Source of the DNA: a candidate division FCPU426 bacterium
GTDB taxonomy: Bacteria > Oederibacteriota > Muellerivitia > Muellerivitales > Muellerivitaceae
Length of the DNA: 64,000 bases
Assembly (NCBI GenBank): GCA_963830915.1
Contig: CAWHOE010000064.1
Coordinates: 1 to 64,000, forward strand
Direction of reading: 5' to 3'
Below are positions 39,526 through 48,523 of the stretch, in pieces. Under the pieces are notes generated by a model, which was given only the letters and a program-made list of their open reading frames with translations, ran no database searches and was not told the DNA's origin. Position 1 is the stretch's first letter, and each line of letters opens with the position of its first letter. Position numbers and translations under genes: made by a program.

Positions 39526-39831
39526 ATGCAAGATATGATCAGCCTTTTTAGACAAGCCCAGGTCATGAAAGAAAAGATGTCCAAGTTCAAGGATGAGATG
39601 GAACACCAATTCTTCACCTCTTCCGCTGGAAACGGGGCAGTCACCGTCACCATCAACGGCAAACACGAGATCCAAAAGGTGGTCATCGACCCCAAGGCCC
39701 TGAATGACGCGGAAAAATTGCAGGAATACCTCAAGACCGCCATCAACCAGGCGGGCGATGAGGTGAACAAAAAGCTCAAGGAAGAAGTCAATAAAATGAC
39801 CGGCGGGCTGGGCATCCCTGGGCTTTTCTGA
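39526..39831 (+). CDS. ybaB: Nucleoid-associated protein YbaB/EbfC
   Basis: QAQVMKEKM..AGNGAVTVTING..IDPKAL..TGGLGIPGLF; lies between dnaX and recR. Confidence 0.93.
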   Translation: MQDMISLFRQAQVMKEKMSKFKDEMEHQFFTSSAGNGAVTVTINGKHEIQKVVIDPKALNDAEKLQEYLKTAINQAGDEVNKKLKEEVNKMTGGLGIPGLF

Positions 39832-39833
39832 CC

Positions 39834-40436
39834 ATGGCCGAGTATCCCCCCTCCCTGGAAAGGCTCTTTCACGAGTTGGAGAAGCTTCCCGGGATCGGTC
39901 CGCGCACGGCCCAACGCCTGGCTTTCCATCTCTTGAAACAACCTTCCGAAACTTCCCAGGCCCTCGCCAGGGGTCTGGTGGAGGCCCGCGCCAAGCTCCA
40001 TCCCTGCCGGGACTGTTTCAATCTGACCGAGGAAACCCTCTGCCGTATCTGCTCTTCCTCCAATCGTGATACCCATTCCCTTCTCGTCGTGGAAGATCCC
40101 AGCGATGTGGTGGCCTTTGAGCGCACCCATGAGTATCACGGGATGTATCACGTCCTGGGCGGTACCCTTTCCCCCCTGGAAGGACGGGGACCGAAGGACC
40201 TGACCCTGGATGCCCTGGTCGAGCGCGTAAAAAAGGCGGGTGTGTTCAAGGAAGTCATCGTGGCGACCGACCCGACCGTGGAAGGGGATTCCACCGCCCT
40301 CTATATACAACAGCTCTTGAATGATGTTCAGGTCAAGGTCACCCGCCTGGCCCGGGGTCTTCCATCTGGCGGCGATGTGGAATACGCGGACGAATCAACC
40401 CTCCTTAAAGCCCTGGAAGGGCGAAGAGAATTATAA
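39834..40436 (+). CDS. recR: Recombination mediator RecR
   Basis: LPGIGPRTAQRLA, C4 zinc finger, YHVLGG, EVIVAT..EGDSTA, TRLARGLP. Confidence 0.97.
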   Translation: MAEYPPSLERLFHELEKLPGIGPRTAQRLAFHLLKQPSETSQALARGLVEARAKLHPCRDCFNLTEETLCRICSSSNRDTHSLLVVEDPSDVVAFERTHEYHGMYHVLGGTLSPLEGRGPKDLTLDALVERVKKAGVFKEVIVATDPTVEGDSTALYIQQLLNDVQVKVTRLARGLPSGGDVEYADESTLLKALEGRREL

Positions 40437-40550
40437 AAAGTCGATTCTGTGCCAATTTCCGATGGGTTAACTTTCTTGCGACAGGCAATAAAAAGTCGGA
40501 AAATATAAATGTTGGTGATTGTCTATTTGAACCCAACCAGAGTTAATGTC

Positions 40551-40982
40551 ATGGTCAAGCCTATTGCATATATAACTTTTCTTTTGCTTGTTTGCTCTTT
40601 CAACCTCCGAGCGGAAACGAACCTTCCGCTCACACCCAATCCTTTTTTAACGCCAACTCCCCAAACTACCGATAAAACCATTCCTGTCATCCCAAAAAGT
40701 TCAGTCTTCAAGAAAAGTAAATCCATTCATTCCTCAAACACTTACACTTTGAAAAAAGGTTCGGGATCGGAAACTCCGTTCCTTCTAAGGAGTAAAGACT
40801 ATTATGAACATTTAAATGATGCTCTTTCCTCTTCGTTGAAATATTCAGCGCCAACCCCTACTTCGGATCAAAAATTATGGGGAACGCTCGCGGGGATAGC
40901 TTCCTATTCTTGCGCCGGGATCGCCGCGGCCCAATCATTGGGCGTGATCCCTTCAAGCAAGAACAAGGATAAAAAACAGTAG
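40551..40982 (+). CDS. Hypothetical exported protein (AT-rich; alternative start 40509)
   Basis: Signal-peptide-like N-terminus; no recognisable family. Confidence 0.5.
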   Translation: MVKPIAYITFLLLVCSFNLRAETNLPLTPNPFLTPTPQTTDKTIPVIPKSSVFKKSKSIHSSNTYTLKKGSGSETPFLLRSKDYYEHLNDALSSSLKYSAPTPTSDQKLWGTLAGIASYSCAGIAAAQSLGVIPSSKNKDKKQ

Positions 40983-41020
40983 GATCCCAAGGGTCAAACC
41001 CCTTAAACACCTCTGGCTTA

Positions 41021-41956
41021 TCAGTGATCGAACCCGCCACCCGTGACCTGCCCCTCCTTCACCGTGAAGACCTGGTTGAAATGACGGTTGACCTGATCCT
41101 TGAAAAAATACGAATAGAACCTCATGTCCCAACAGGTCACCTTGACACTACCATCGGCCAATTTTTCCTCCGACCAGACCGGGACCCTGGAGAACCACAA
41201 GAATTTTTTTCCCTGAGGCGATTGAAAGACAGCGTTTATGTCGTTGTTCATTGGCGGAGTGCGCCATTCCTGCCACTCCAGCGGCTGGGCGCTCTTGAGA
41301 AAATCCAATCTCGCTCCCCTCAACAGTTCATCCTGCCGGTTGAAGGCTTCCCACCGGAAAGGGGACAGGGGTTGGGGAAAAGCCGCGCGCCAAGCCAGGG
41401 GTCTGTCCGTTTCCGCTACCTTCAAGGCCTTGAAGTGATTGTAAGCCGCCAGACCATGGTAGGCTCCGATCACCATTAGCCCTACCGCGCAGATAACCGC
41501 CCGCCGCTTATTGAAAAAAACGCTCAAGATGATGAACAACGCCAGACAGGCCGTGTACCAGAGATCGATGATGAACATCGTGTCGCCCGCGAAACGGGTA
41601 CGGGCGGGCCACAACAACATGGTTCCCCAGGAGGTGCACCAGTCGAGGAACAAATGGGACGCGACCCCCAATCCCGCCATGACGGACAAGGCCCCGAAGG
41701 TGGCCCGGTCGGCCTTTCGCTTGATGAAAAGCCAGGCCACCCAGGCCGAAAGAAGCGTGACCGGCAGGAACCCCAGGAAGGAATGGGTAAAACCCCGGTG
41801 TTCGGTAATGTAAGTGTCATGGCCCCAGAAAGTGAGGATGATGTCGATATCCGGGGCAAGCGCCCCCAATACGCAGGCCAGGACCAACCCTCTTTTATTC
41901 GAGGGGTTCGTCCGACCGATCAGGGTACCGGCAAGGGAATGGGCGACTGGATCCAT
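41021..41956 (-). CDS. Membrane-bound metal-dependent hydrolase (YdjM/DUF457-like)
   Basis: MDPVAHSL, APDID, HRGFTHS, HLFLDWCTSWGT. Confidence 0.88.
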   Translation of the reverse strand: MDPVAHSLAGTLIGRTNPSNKRGLVLACVLGALAPDIDIILTFWGHDTYITEHRGFTHSFLGFLPVTLLSAWVAWLFIKRKADRATFGALSVMAGLGVASHLFLDWCTSWGTMLLWPARTRFAGDTMFIIDLWYTACLALFIILSVFFNKRRAVICAVGLMVIGAYHGLAAYNHFKALKVAETDRPLAWRAAFPQPLSPFRWEAFNRQDELLRGARLDFLKSAQPLEWQEWRTPPMNNDINAVFQSPQGKKFLWFSRVPVWSEEKLADGSVKVTCWDMRFYSYFFKDQVNRHFNQVFTVKEGQVTGGGFDH

Positions 41957-42045
41957 GAAAGCGATTTTATACATCTTTGTCCTGAAACTCCAACTAAGTC
42001 CAACTAAAATGACCGCTGGTCACAAATCCAATATCGGGAGTCCAT

Positions 42046-43080
42046 ATGAAAGTTCTCATCATCGGCGGCACCGGCCTCATCTCCACGGCCATCGTGGACC
42101 AATTGGTCGAAAGGGGCGACGAGGTGACGGTCTTCAACCGGGGTTACACCGAATGGCGCATCCCGAAGAACGTCAAGGTGATCCACGGGGACCGTTGGAA
42201 ATATCCCGAGTTCGAGGCCCAGATGAAGGGCCTGTCCTACGACGCGGTTATCGACATGGTGGCCTTCGCGCCCGAGAACGCCGAATCGGTCTTGAGGGCC
42301 TTCGCCGGTCGGGTGAAACACATCCTGGTCTGTTCCACGGTCTGCGTTTACGGCGGACCCATGACCAAGCTTCCCGCCACTGACGACGAACCCCATCGGC
42401 CTGTGACCGACTACGGCCGGAACAAGTCCAAGATCGAGTCCATCCTTCTCTCCGCCAACGGCAAGGACGGCCTTCAGACCACCGTCCTTCGTCCCTCCTT
42501 CACGACCGGCGAGGGCACGACCGCTTCGGGCCTCATGTTCGATGACAGCCTTCCCAACCGCATCCGCAAAGGATTGCCGGTCATCGTCATGGATGACGGC
42601 AAGGCGGCTTGGGCCATCGCCCATGTATCCGATGTGGCTCGGGGCTTCGTGAACGCCATCCTGAACCCCAAGGCCTATGGCCAGGCTTATCATCTGACCA
42701 GCGACGAACACACCACCTGGGATGGGGTTTTCCAGACCATGGCCCAAGCCATCGGCGGTAAATTCAACCCGGTCCACATCCCCACCGAATGGCTATATGC
42801 TCAGGCTCCCCGCCGAAGTATCGGGGTTAAATACATCTATCAATACCCTTCCATCTTCGACAACAGCAAGGCCGCCCGCGACCTGGGGTTTAAAACAACC
42901 GTACTTTTGGAGGATACTTTCCGGCGGCAGGTAGCATGGATGGAAAAAAGGGGCAAGATGAAGGATGTGATGGACGAACCCTTTGAGGACATAATGATCG
43001 AAGGTTATCAGAAAAACCAAAGGGATTTCCTGGACTCCAAGCTGGATTGGAATCCCTGGGGCAATGGCACCACCAACTAA
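42046..43080 (+). CDS. NAD-dependent epimerase/dehydratase (atypical SDR)
   Basis: MKVLIIGGTGLIS, YGRNK, HVSDVA. Confidence 0.9.
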   Translation: MKVLIIGGTGLISTAIVDQLVERGDEVTVFNRGYTEWRIPKNVKVIHGDRWKYPEFEAQMKGLSYDAVIDMVAFAPENAESVLRAFAGRVKHILVCSTVCVYGGPMTKLPATDDEPHRPVTDYGRNKSKIESILLSANGKDGLQTTVLRPSFTTGEGTTASGLMFDDSLPNRIRKGLPVIVMDDGKAAWAIAHVSDVARGFVNAILNPKAYGQAYHLTSDEHTTWDGVFQTMAQAIGGKFNPVHIPTEWLYAQAPRRSIGVKYIYQYPSIFDNSKAARDLGFKTTVLLEDTFRRQVAWMEKRGKMKDVMDEPFEDIMIEGYQKNQRDFLDSKLDWNPWGNGTTN

Positions 43081-43207
43081 ACGGGTTGGTGATTCAGCCT
43101 GTAAACCTTGACTTTTAATCACCCTGATTTAGACTATAGCGCCCGCAGGGCTTATAATGAGTTTTCGATAGTTTTGCGGGTTTAAAAACAAACAAAAACC
43201 ACCTTAT

Positions 43208-43282
43208 TCCCCGGTAGCTCAATGGTGGAGCATGCGACTGTTAATCGCAGGGTTGTTGGTTCGAGTCCAACCCGGGGAGCCA
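43208..43282 (+). tRNA. tRNA-Asn(GTT)
   Basis: TCCCCGG TAGCTCAATGG..TGCGA-CT-GTT-AA-TCGCA..GGTTCGAGTCC..CCGGGGA-GCCA. Confidence 0.97.
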
Positions 43283-43703
43283 TTAAAAATAAAAGGCCTT
43301 CGCCGATTTTCGGCGAGGGCCTTTTTGCTTTTATGCTTTCCCTGGGTTGAGAAGGGGTGCGGGGAGGAACGGAGGTTCCTCCCCGGCCTTTCAATGGGGT
43401 ACACAGGGGGCACTTCCCCTGTGAGCGCGAAGCGCCAACCCGCAGGAGCCTTTTTGACTTGGACGAGAACCAAAAGGGAAAGTCTGAAAACGGGAGTTTT
43501 CAGGCCTTCTTCGGGGTACATAGGGGGATCTCCCTATGAATGCGAAGCATGGTTCGATGTTCACCAGGGGAGCCATTAAAATTAAAAGGCCTTCGCCGAT
43601 TTTCGGCGAGGGCCTTTTTGCTTTTATGCTTTCCCTGGGTTGAGGAGGGGTGCGGGGAGGAACGGAGGTTCCTTCCCGGACTCTCAATGGGGTACACAGG
43701 GGG
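43274..43703 (+). repeat. 137-bp direct repeat (43274-43410 and 43567-43703) starting at the tRNA-Asn 3' end, containing a terminator and palindromes
   Basis: Both copies read GGGGAGCCATTAAAA..AAAAGGCCTTCGCCGATTTTCGGCGAGGGCCTTTTT..GGGGAGGAACGGAGGTTCC..GGGGTACACAGGGGG; the second is preceded by a degenerate T-arm GGTTCGATGTTCACC. Confidence 0.92.
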
Positions 43704-43853
43704 TATTTGCCCTATCAGCGTAGCGACAGTTCGATATTCACACAGAGAATACTTATTGGTTTTCATCTAGGTCTTCACCCATTGTGATTTACATCAGCCA
43801 TCCCGTCTCCTCCCGAGCGCTAGAATACGCCCATGTCAACCGAAGGAGCTTCC

Positions 43854-44207
43854 ATGCGCAAGATCAAACCCGACCCGTCCCTGGTGTCCTGTTGCGGCAT
43901 CTTCTGCGGGGCTTGCGGTTCTTACCTGAACGAGAAATGCGACGGCTGCCACCAAACCGAAAGCCGTTCCTGGTGCAAAGTGCGGGAATGCTGCAATAAG
44001 AAAGGCATCTCCACCTGCGCCCAATGCAACGAGTTCGCGGACCCCAATGCTTGCGGAAAGTTCAATAATCTCATTTCTAAAGTTGTTGGTTTCTTCACGA
44101 AATCCGACCGTCCGGCCTGCCTCAAACAGATCCACGAGACCGGGCTGGAAGCCTACGCCGTTAAAATGGCGGCCCTAAAAATGCGGGCGATCCGCCGAAC
44201 CGGGTGA
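43854..44207 (+). CDS. DUF3795-like Cys-rich protein
   Basis: CCGIFCGAC..CDGC..CKVRECC..TCAQC..C; GGAG RBS. Confidence 0.85.
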   Translation: MRKIKPDPSLVSCCGIFCGACGSYLNEKCDGCHQTESRSWCKVRECCNKKGISTCAQCNEFADPNACGKFNNLISKVVGFFTKSDRPACLKQIHETGLEAYAVKMAALKMRAIRRTG

Positions 44208-44223
44208 TAAACTTCTTTTCAAC

Positions 44224-44721
44224 ATGGACCCAATCAAATTCATTCCAGTAACGGGCGAATCCCTTATCTCCTGCGTTGAATCCCTAGCTCAAAAGATCTG
44301 GCCCGAACATTACGTGCCCATCATCGGAAAAGCCCAAGTGGATTACATGCTGGGGAAATTCCAATCCAAAGAAGCCATTTCTGCTCAATTGGAAGAGGGC
44401 TACTTTTATTACCTGGTCCATTCCCCGCGTGGGGAACCCATCGGGTATCTTTCGGTGATACCCCAGGAATCCGATCTTTTCCTTAGTAAGTTCTATATAG
44501 ACTCATCCCACCGTGGAAAAGGTTATGGCCGCAAGGCCATAACCTTTGTCCAAGCAATTGCCCAAAAAAGAGGCTTTGCCCGAATCACCCTGACCGTCCA
44601 TAAGCGAAACCCTTCCGTAGCGGTCTACCAAAAAATGGGATTCACCATCCTTTGTCCCATCATTACGGACATCGGCGAGGGTTATTTTATGGACGATTTT
44701 CGAATGGCGCTCCCGCTTTGA
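44224..44721 (+). CDS. GNAT-family N-acetyltransferase
   Basis: FLSKFYI..HRGKGYGR acetyl-CoA motif, YQKMGF. Confidence 0.9.
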   Translation: MDPIKFIPVTGESLISCVESLAQKIWPEHYVPIIGKAQVDYMLGKFQSKEAISAQLEEGYFYYLVHSPRGEPIGYLSVIPQESDLFLSKFYIDSSHRGKGYGRKAITFVQAIAQKRGFARITLTVHKRNPSVAVYQKMGFTILCPIITDIGEGYFMDDFRMALPL

Positions 44722-44851
44722 TCTCATCCCATCGACCGCTCGATCCTTGGCATTGGAATATCCGTAAAAATTCCCCGAAATTGGCGAGGATTTATTCCCT
44801 CCTTTCGTTTTAAAATGCAGACCTTCTTGAGACCGTGATAGGATTTGTCCC

Positions 44852-45937
44852 ATGAAAATGATCATTACCGGCGGGGCCGGGTTCATCGGCTCCAATTTCG
44901 TCCGCATGGCCCTGAAAGAAGGACATCAGGTTGTGGTTTTGGACCTCTTGACCTACGCGGGCCATGAATCCACCCTTCGGGAGGTCAAAGACCACCCCTC
45001 GTTCTCTTTCGTCAAGGGGGACGTGTCAGACCGCGCCCTGGTCCGCCAGCTCATCGGTCAGCACCTTCCCGACGCCATCGTTCATTTCGCCGCCGAGACC
45101 CACGTGGACCGTTCTATCGATGATCCCTCGGGGTTCCTCAAGACCAACGTGATGGGCACTTTCGAGTTGATGGAAGCCTGCCGCCATCAGTCGTCCTTGC
45201 CGCAAGGATTCCGTTTTCTACTCGTCTCCACGGATGAGGTTTATGGCGCGCTTGGCCCGACCGGATTCTTTTCCGAGACCAGTCCTTATGCCCCCAACTC
45301 GCCCTATGCCGCCAGCAAAGCCTCAGCTGACCTCCTGGCCCGGGCTTTCCACGAGACCTTCCGCTTCCCGGTCATTATCACCAATTGCTCGAACAACTAC
45401 GGGCCCCGTCAGTTCCCCGAAAAACTCATCCCCTTGATGATCCTAAACGCCTTGGAAGGAAAGGACCTTCCCGTCTACGGTGACGGCATGCAGGTTCGGG
45501 ATTGGATCCATGTGGATGACCATTGTTCAGGCATCCTGGCCGCCCTCAAAACAGGTAAGCCTGGCGCCCATTACCTTTTCGGCGGAAGGTCCGAGCGCGC
45601 CAATCTCCAGGTCCTGGAGGCCATCCTCCGGTCCATCGAGGAATTCCAACCCGCCTCCCGAAATCCCGCCCTAAAAGCCAAAGGCGTGGCTGATTACCCA
45701 TCCTTGCGGAAGTTCGTGAAAGACCGGCCGGGACATGACCGCCGGTACGCCATTGATCCTTCATTCGCCGAGAAAGAACTGGGCTGGAAAATAAGGCGGA
45801 ACTTTGAGGAAGCCATTCGTGAAACTACCCAGTGGTACCTGAACAACCTGGACTGGTGCCAACTGGTGCAAAAGGACCGTTACGATCGAGAACGTCTGGG
45901 CCTGTCAGTGAATCCAGTCAAAGGAGACAACAAATGA
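44852..45937 (+). CDS. rfbB: dTDP-glucose 4,6-dehydratase
   Basis: TGGAGFIGSN, HFAAETHVDRSI, STDEVYG, YAASKA, DRPGHDRRYA. Confidence 0.97.
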   Translation: MKMIITGGAGFIGSNFVRMALKEGHQVVVLDLLTYAGHESTLREVKDHPSFSFVKGDVSDRALVRQLIGQHLPDAIVHFAAETHVDRSIDDPSGFLKTNVMGTFELMEACRHQSSLPQGFRFLLVSTDEVYGALGPTGFFSETSPYAPNSPYAASKASADLLARAFHETFRFPVIITNCSNNYGPRQFPEKLIPLMILNALEGKDLPVYGDGMQVRDWIHVDDHCSGILAALKTGKPGAHYLFGGRSERANLQVLEAILRSIEEFQPASRNPALKAKGVADYPSLRKFVKDRPGHDRRYAIDPSFAEKELGWKIRRNFEEAIRETTQWYLNNLDWCQLVQKDRYDRERLGLSVNPVKGDNK

Positions 45938-46806
45938 AAGGTATCCTTTTGGCGGGAGGGGCGGGGACCCGTCTTCATCCCACGACCCGCGGAGTTTCAA
46001 AACAGTTGCTTCCCCTTTACGACAAACCCATGGTCTATTACCCCCTGACCACCCTATTGTGGACCGGGGCGAAAGAGATCCTGATCATCACCACCCCCGA
46101 GGACCAATCCTCGTATCAACGCCTTCTGACCGACGGTTCCTGGCTGGGGATCAAGTTCCACTGGGCCGTCCAGGCCGAGCCCAAGGGCATTTCCCAGGCC
46201 TTATTGATCGGAAAGGATTTCCTCGCGGGCGAACCCTGCACCCTGGCCCTGGGAGACAACGTGTTCTACGGGCATGGCCTGCCTGAGGCCCTTCAAAAAT
46301 CCTCAAAGACGGCCAAAAGCGGCGCCACGGTTTTCGTCTACCAGGTCAGCGACCCCCAGCGTTATGGCGTGATGGAATTCGACGGAAAAGGGAACCCGAA
46401 AGGTATCGTGGAAAAACCGAAAGATCCCCCTTCCTCCTGGGCCGTCACGGGTCTCTATATGTATGACGGCTCCGCCCCAGAGCGTGCCGCCAAGCTCAAA
46501 CCCTCGCCCCGAGGCGAATTGGAGATCACCGACCTGAACCTGAGTTATCTTTCCTCCGGGGACCTACGGGTGGAGAAACTTGGCCGAGGGATCGCCTGGC
46601 TGGATACGGGCACTCCCACCGCCATGCTTCAGGCCAGTATGTTCATCCAGGCCATCGAGGAAAGGCAGGGATTGAAGGTCTGTTGTCCCGAGGAAGTGGC
46701 CTTTCGTCTGGGCTTGATCGGGGAAAAAGATGTACTCCGCCAGGCGGAAACCCTGGGTAAAAGCGCCTATGGCCAATATTTGAAAACCCTCTTGGAGAAG
46801 GCTTGA
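45934..46806 (+). CDS. rfbA: Glucose-1-phosphate thymidylyltransferase
   Basis: MKGILLAGGAGTRLHP, SKQLLPLYDKPM, EKP, RGELEITD, WLDTGT; ATGA overlap with rfbB. Confidence 0.97.
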   Translation: MKGILLAGGAGTRLHPTTRGVSKQLLPLYDKPMVYYPLTTLLWTGAKEILIITTPEDQSSYQRLLTDGSWLGIKFHWAVQAEPKGISQALLIGKDFLAGEPCTLALGDNVFYGHGLPEALQKSSKTAKSGATVFVYQVSDPQRYGVMEFDGKGNPKGIVEKPKDPPSSWAVTGLYMYDGSAPERAAKLKPSPRGELEITDLNLSYLSSGDLRVEKLGRGIAWLDTGTPTAMLQASMFIQAIEERQGLKVCCPEEVAFRLGLIGEKDVLRQAETLGKSAYGQYLKTLLEKA

Positions 46807-47354
46807 TGAATCTGTTGGTGGAAAAAACCCCTCTTGAGGGGCTCCTATGCCTGACACCCCAGGTTTTCGGGGATTCCCGAGGTCATCTGGTAGAAACTTA
46901 CCATGAGGATAAATACCGTCAGGCCGGGATCACCCGCTCCTTCGTCCAGGACAACCAATCCTATTCCCTTAAGGGCGTCCTTCGGGGACTCCATGCCCAG
47001 ATCAAGCGCCCCCAGGCCAAACTGGTGCGTTCGGCAGCCGGTGAGATCTTCGACGTGGCCGTGGATGCCAGGCCTTCTTCCCCCACTTTTGGCAAATGGC
47101 ACGGGGTCCTTTTAACGGGTGAAAATCACAAACAACTTTTCATCCCCGAGGGTTTTCTCCACGGGTTTTGTGTTCTATCCGAATCCGCGGTGATGCATTA
47201 TAAATGCTCCGACATTTACACGCCCGATGACCAGTGGGGCGTGCTTTGGGATGACCCTCAACTCGGGATTACCTGGCCTAACCAAAAGCCTATTCTTTCT
47301 GACAAAGACCTTCGGAACCTTTCTTGGGAAAAATTCATCGAGAACATCAAGTAA
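46806..47354 (+). CDS. rfbC: dTDP-4-dehydrorhamnose 3,5-epimerase
   Basis: FGDSRG, FVQDNQSYS..GVLRGLH, QAKLVR, DVAVDARP, HGFCVLS, ILSDKD. Confidence 0.96.
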   Translation: MNLLVEKTPLEGLLCLTPQVFGDSRGHLVETYHEDKYRQAGITRSFVQDNQSYSLKGVLRGLHAQIKRPQAKLVRSAAGEIFDVAVDARPSSPTFGKWHGVLLTGENHKQLFIPEGFLHGFCVLSESAVMHYKCSDIYTPDDQWGVLWDDPQLGITWPNQKPILSDKDLRNLSWEKFIENIK

Positions 47355-47457
47355 CAAGCCTTTTTCTTCTGCAACTTTTTTTCCTCCCCCTTCGTCCTAT
47401 ATACGGGAAGCAACTTAAACCCAAAGTAAATCACCCGAAAGGGTACGGAGGATTCAG

Positions 47458-47661
47458 ATGAAAAAGGTAATCGCTACGTTGATGACGGTCTTGTTTTTCG
47501 GTTCGATGACTGCCGCGGTGTTCGCTCAGGCTCCCGCGACAACCACTCCCGCTCCGGCGGCCAAGACTATGAAGCACAAGAAACACACCCCTAAAAAGGT
47601 GAAGAAAGCCGCGAAGCCAGCCGTTGCGCCGGCCGCTGCCAGCACCCCGGCCGCCAAGTAA
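47458..47661 (+). CDS. Small exported Lys/Ala/Pro-rich protein (Asr-like composition)
   Basis: GGAGG RBS, signal peptide ending VFA-Q, basic low-complexity mature part, terminator downstream. Confidence 0.8.
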   Translation: MKKVIATLMTVLFFGSMTAAVFAQAPATTTPAPAAKTMKHKKHTPKKVKKAAKPAVAPAAASTPAAK

Positions 47662-47706
47662 GTTTTCTTCTGTAGAAAAGACCGGACCTTAGCCCCGGTC
47701 TCACGG

Positions 47707-47744
47707 AAACCCTTAGGATCTCGGTCCTAAGGGTTTTCTTTTTT
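47707..47744 (+). terminator. Rho-independent terminator
   Basis: AAACCCTTAGGA-tctcgg-TCCTAAGGGTTT followed by a T-tract. Confidence 0.85.
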
Positions 47745-47851
47745 CAGCCATCTACTCCCTCCCATTCCAGAACAACTCCCCACCATCTATTTTCAACCTA
47801 TTCACAGGTCATTCCTTTGAATAAAATAAGCGGGATCTTTTTGAAAGGATA

Positions 47852-48523
47852 TTGATGCTCCATCCCCGGTTATTCTTTTTATTCGCGCTTTACGCCACGC
47901 TTTCTTCCTTCTCAATCGCAATGGCCGATGACTGTTCCAACCCTTCCCCCTTGGATAAAAACACCCCCGACTACCGGATCCGGATCACTTATCCCATTCT
48001 CTCGACCGCCACGGCCACCTGCCAGATCCATCAATGGTTGGACGGGAATCTATTGATCTTCAATAACGAATTGAAAAAGAAAAATACCGCCCATCACTGG
48101 AAAGCCGAATACCTTGCCCAACCATCCACACTCCGCTCACGCAAGACCGAAACTGCGATACTCAATATTTATGAATTCACCGGCGGGGCCAACGGCATGA
48201 CCCACACCCAGACCTTCACCCTTGACCGGGCTCAAGGTAGATTCATCGGCTGGTTAGGCTTATTCAAACCCGGTTCCGATTGGTACCACGCGGTCTATCC
48301 TTATGTCCTAAGCGCGGCCCAACCCTATCACACGGACGCGAAATGGTTCGAGCATGGCGCCGGCCCTAACCCCGATCTCTATCAACGATTCGCCCTGGAT
48401 CAAAAGGACCTGGTCCTATATTTTGAACCGGTCGCGATCGCTCCCCACTCGGCCGGGACCATCACCGTTCGCATCCCCCTCGTTCAATTGAAGCCCATCC
48501 TGAACCCTCTTTACCTTCCTTGA
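47852..48523 (+). CDS. Exported DUF3298/DUF4163 (RsiV/PdaC-like) protein
   Basis: YEFTGGANG..TFTLD and FALDQKDLVLYFEPVAIAPHSAG..VRIP. Confidence 0.75.
   Translation: MMLHPRLFFLFALYATLSSFSIAMADDCSNPSPLDKNTPDYRIRITYPILSTATATCQIHQWLDGNLLIFNNELKKKNTAHHWKAEYLAQPSTLRSRKTETAILNIYEFTGGANGMTHTQTFTLDRAQGRFIGWLGLFKPGSDWYHAVYPYVLSAAQPYHTDAKWFEHGAGPNPDLYQRFALDQKDLVLYFEPVAIAPHSAGTITVRIPLVQLKPILNPLYLP

Noticed and set aside
43182..43770. Short ORFs over tRNA-Asn and its downstream repeat
   Set aside because: They overlap a tRNA, terminators and palindromes and have no protein-like features.
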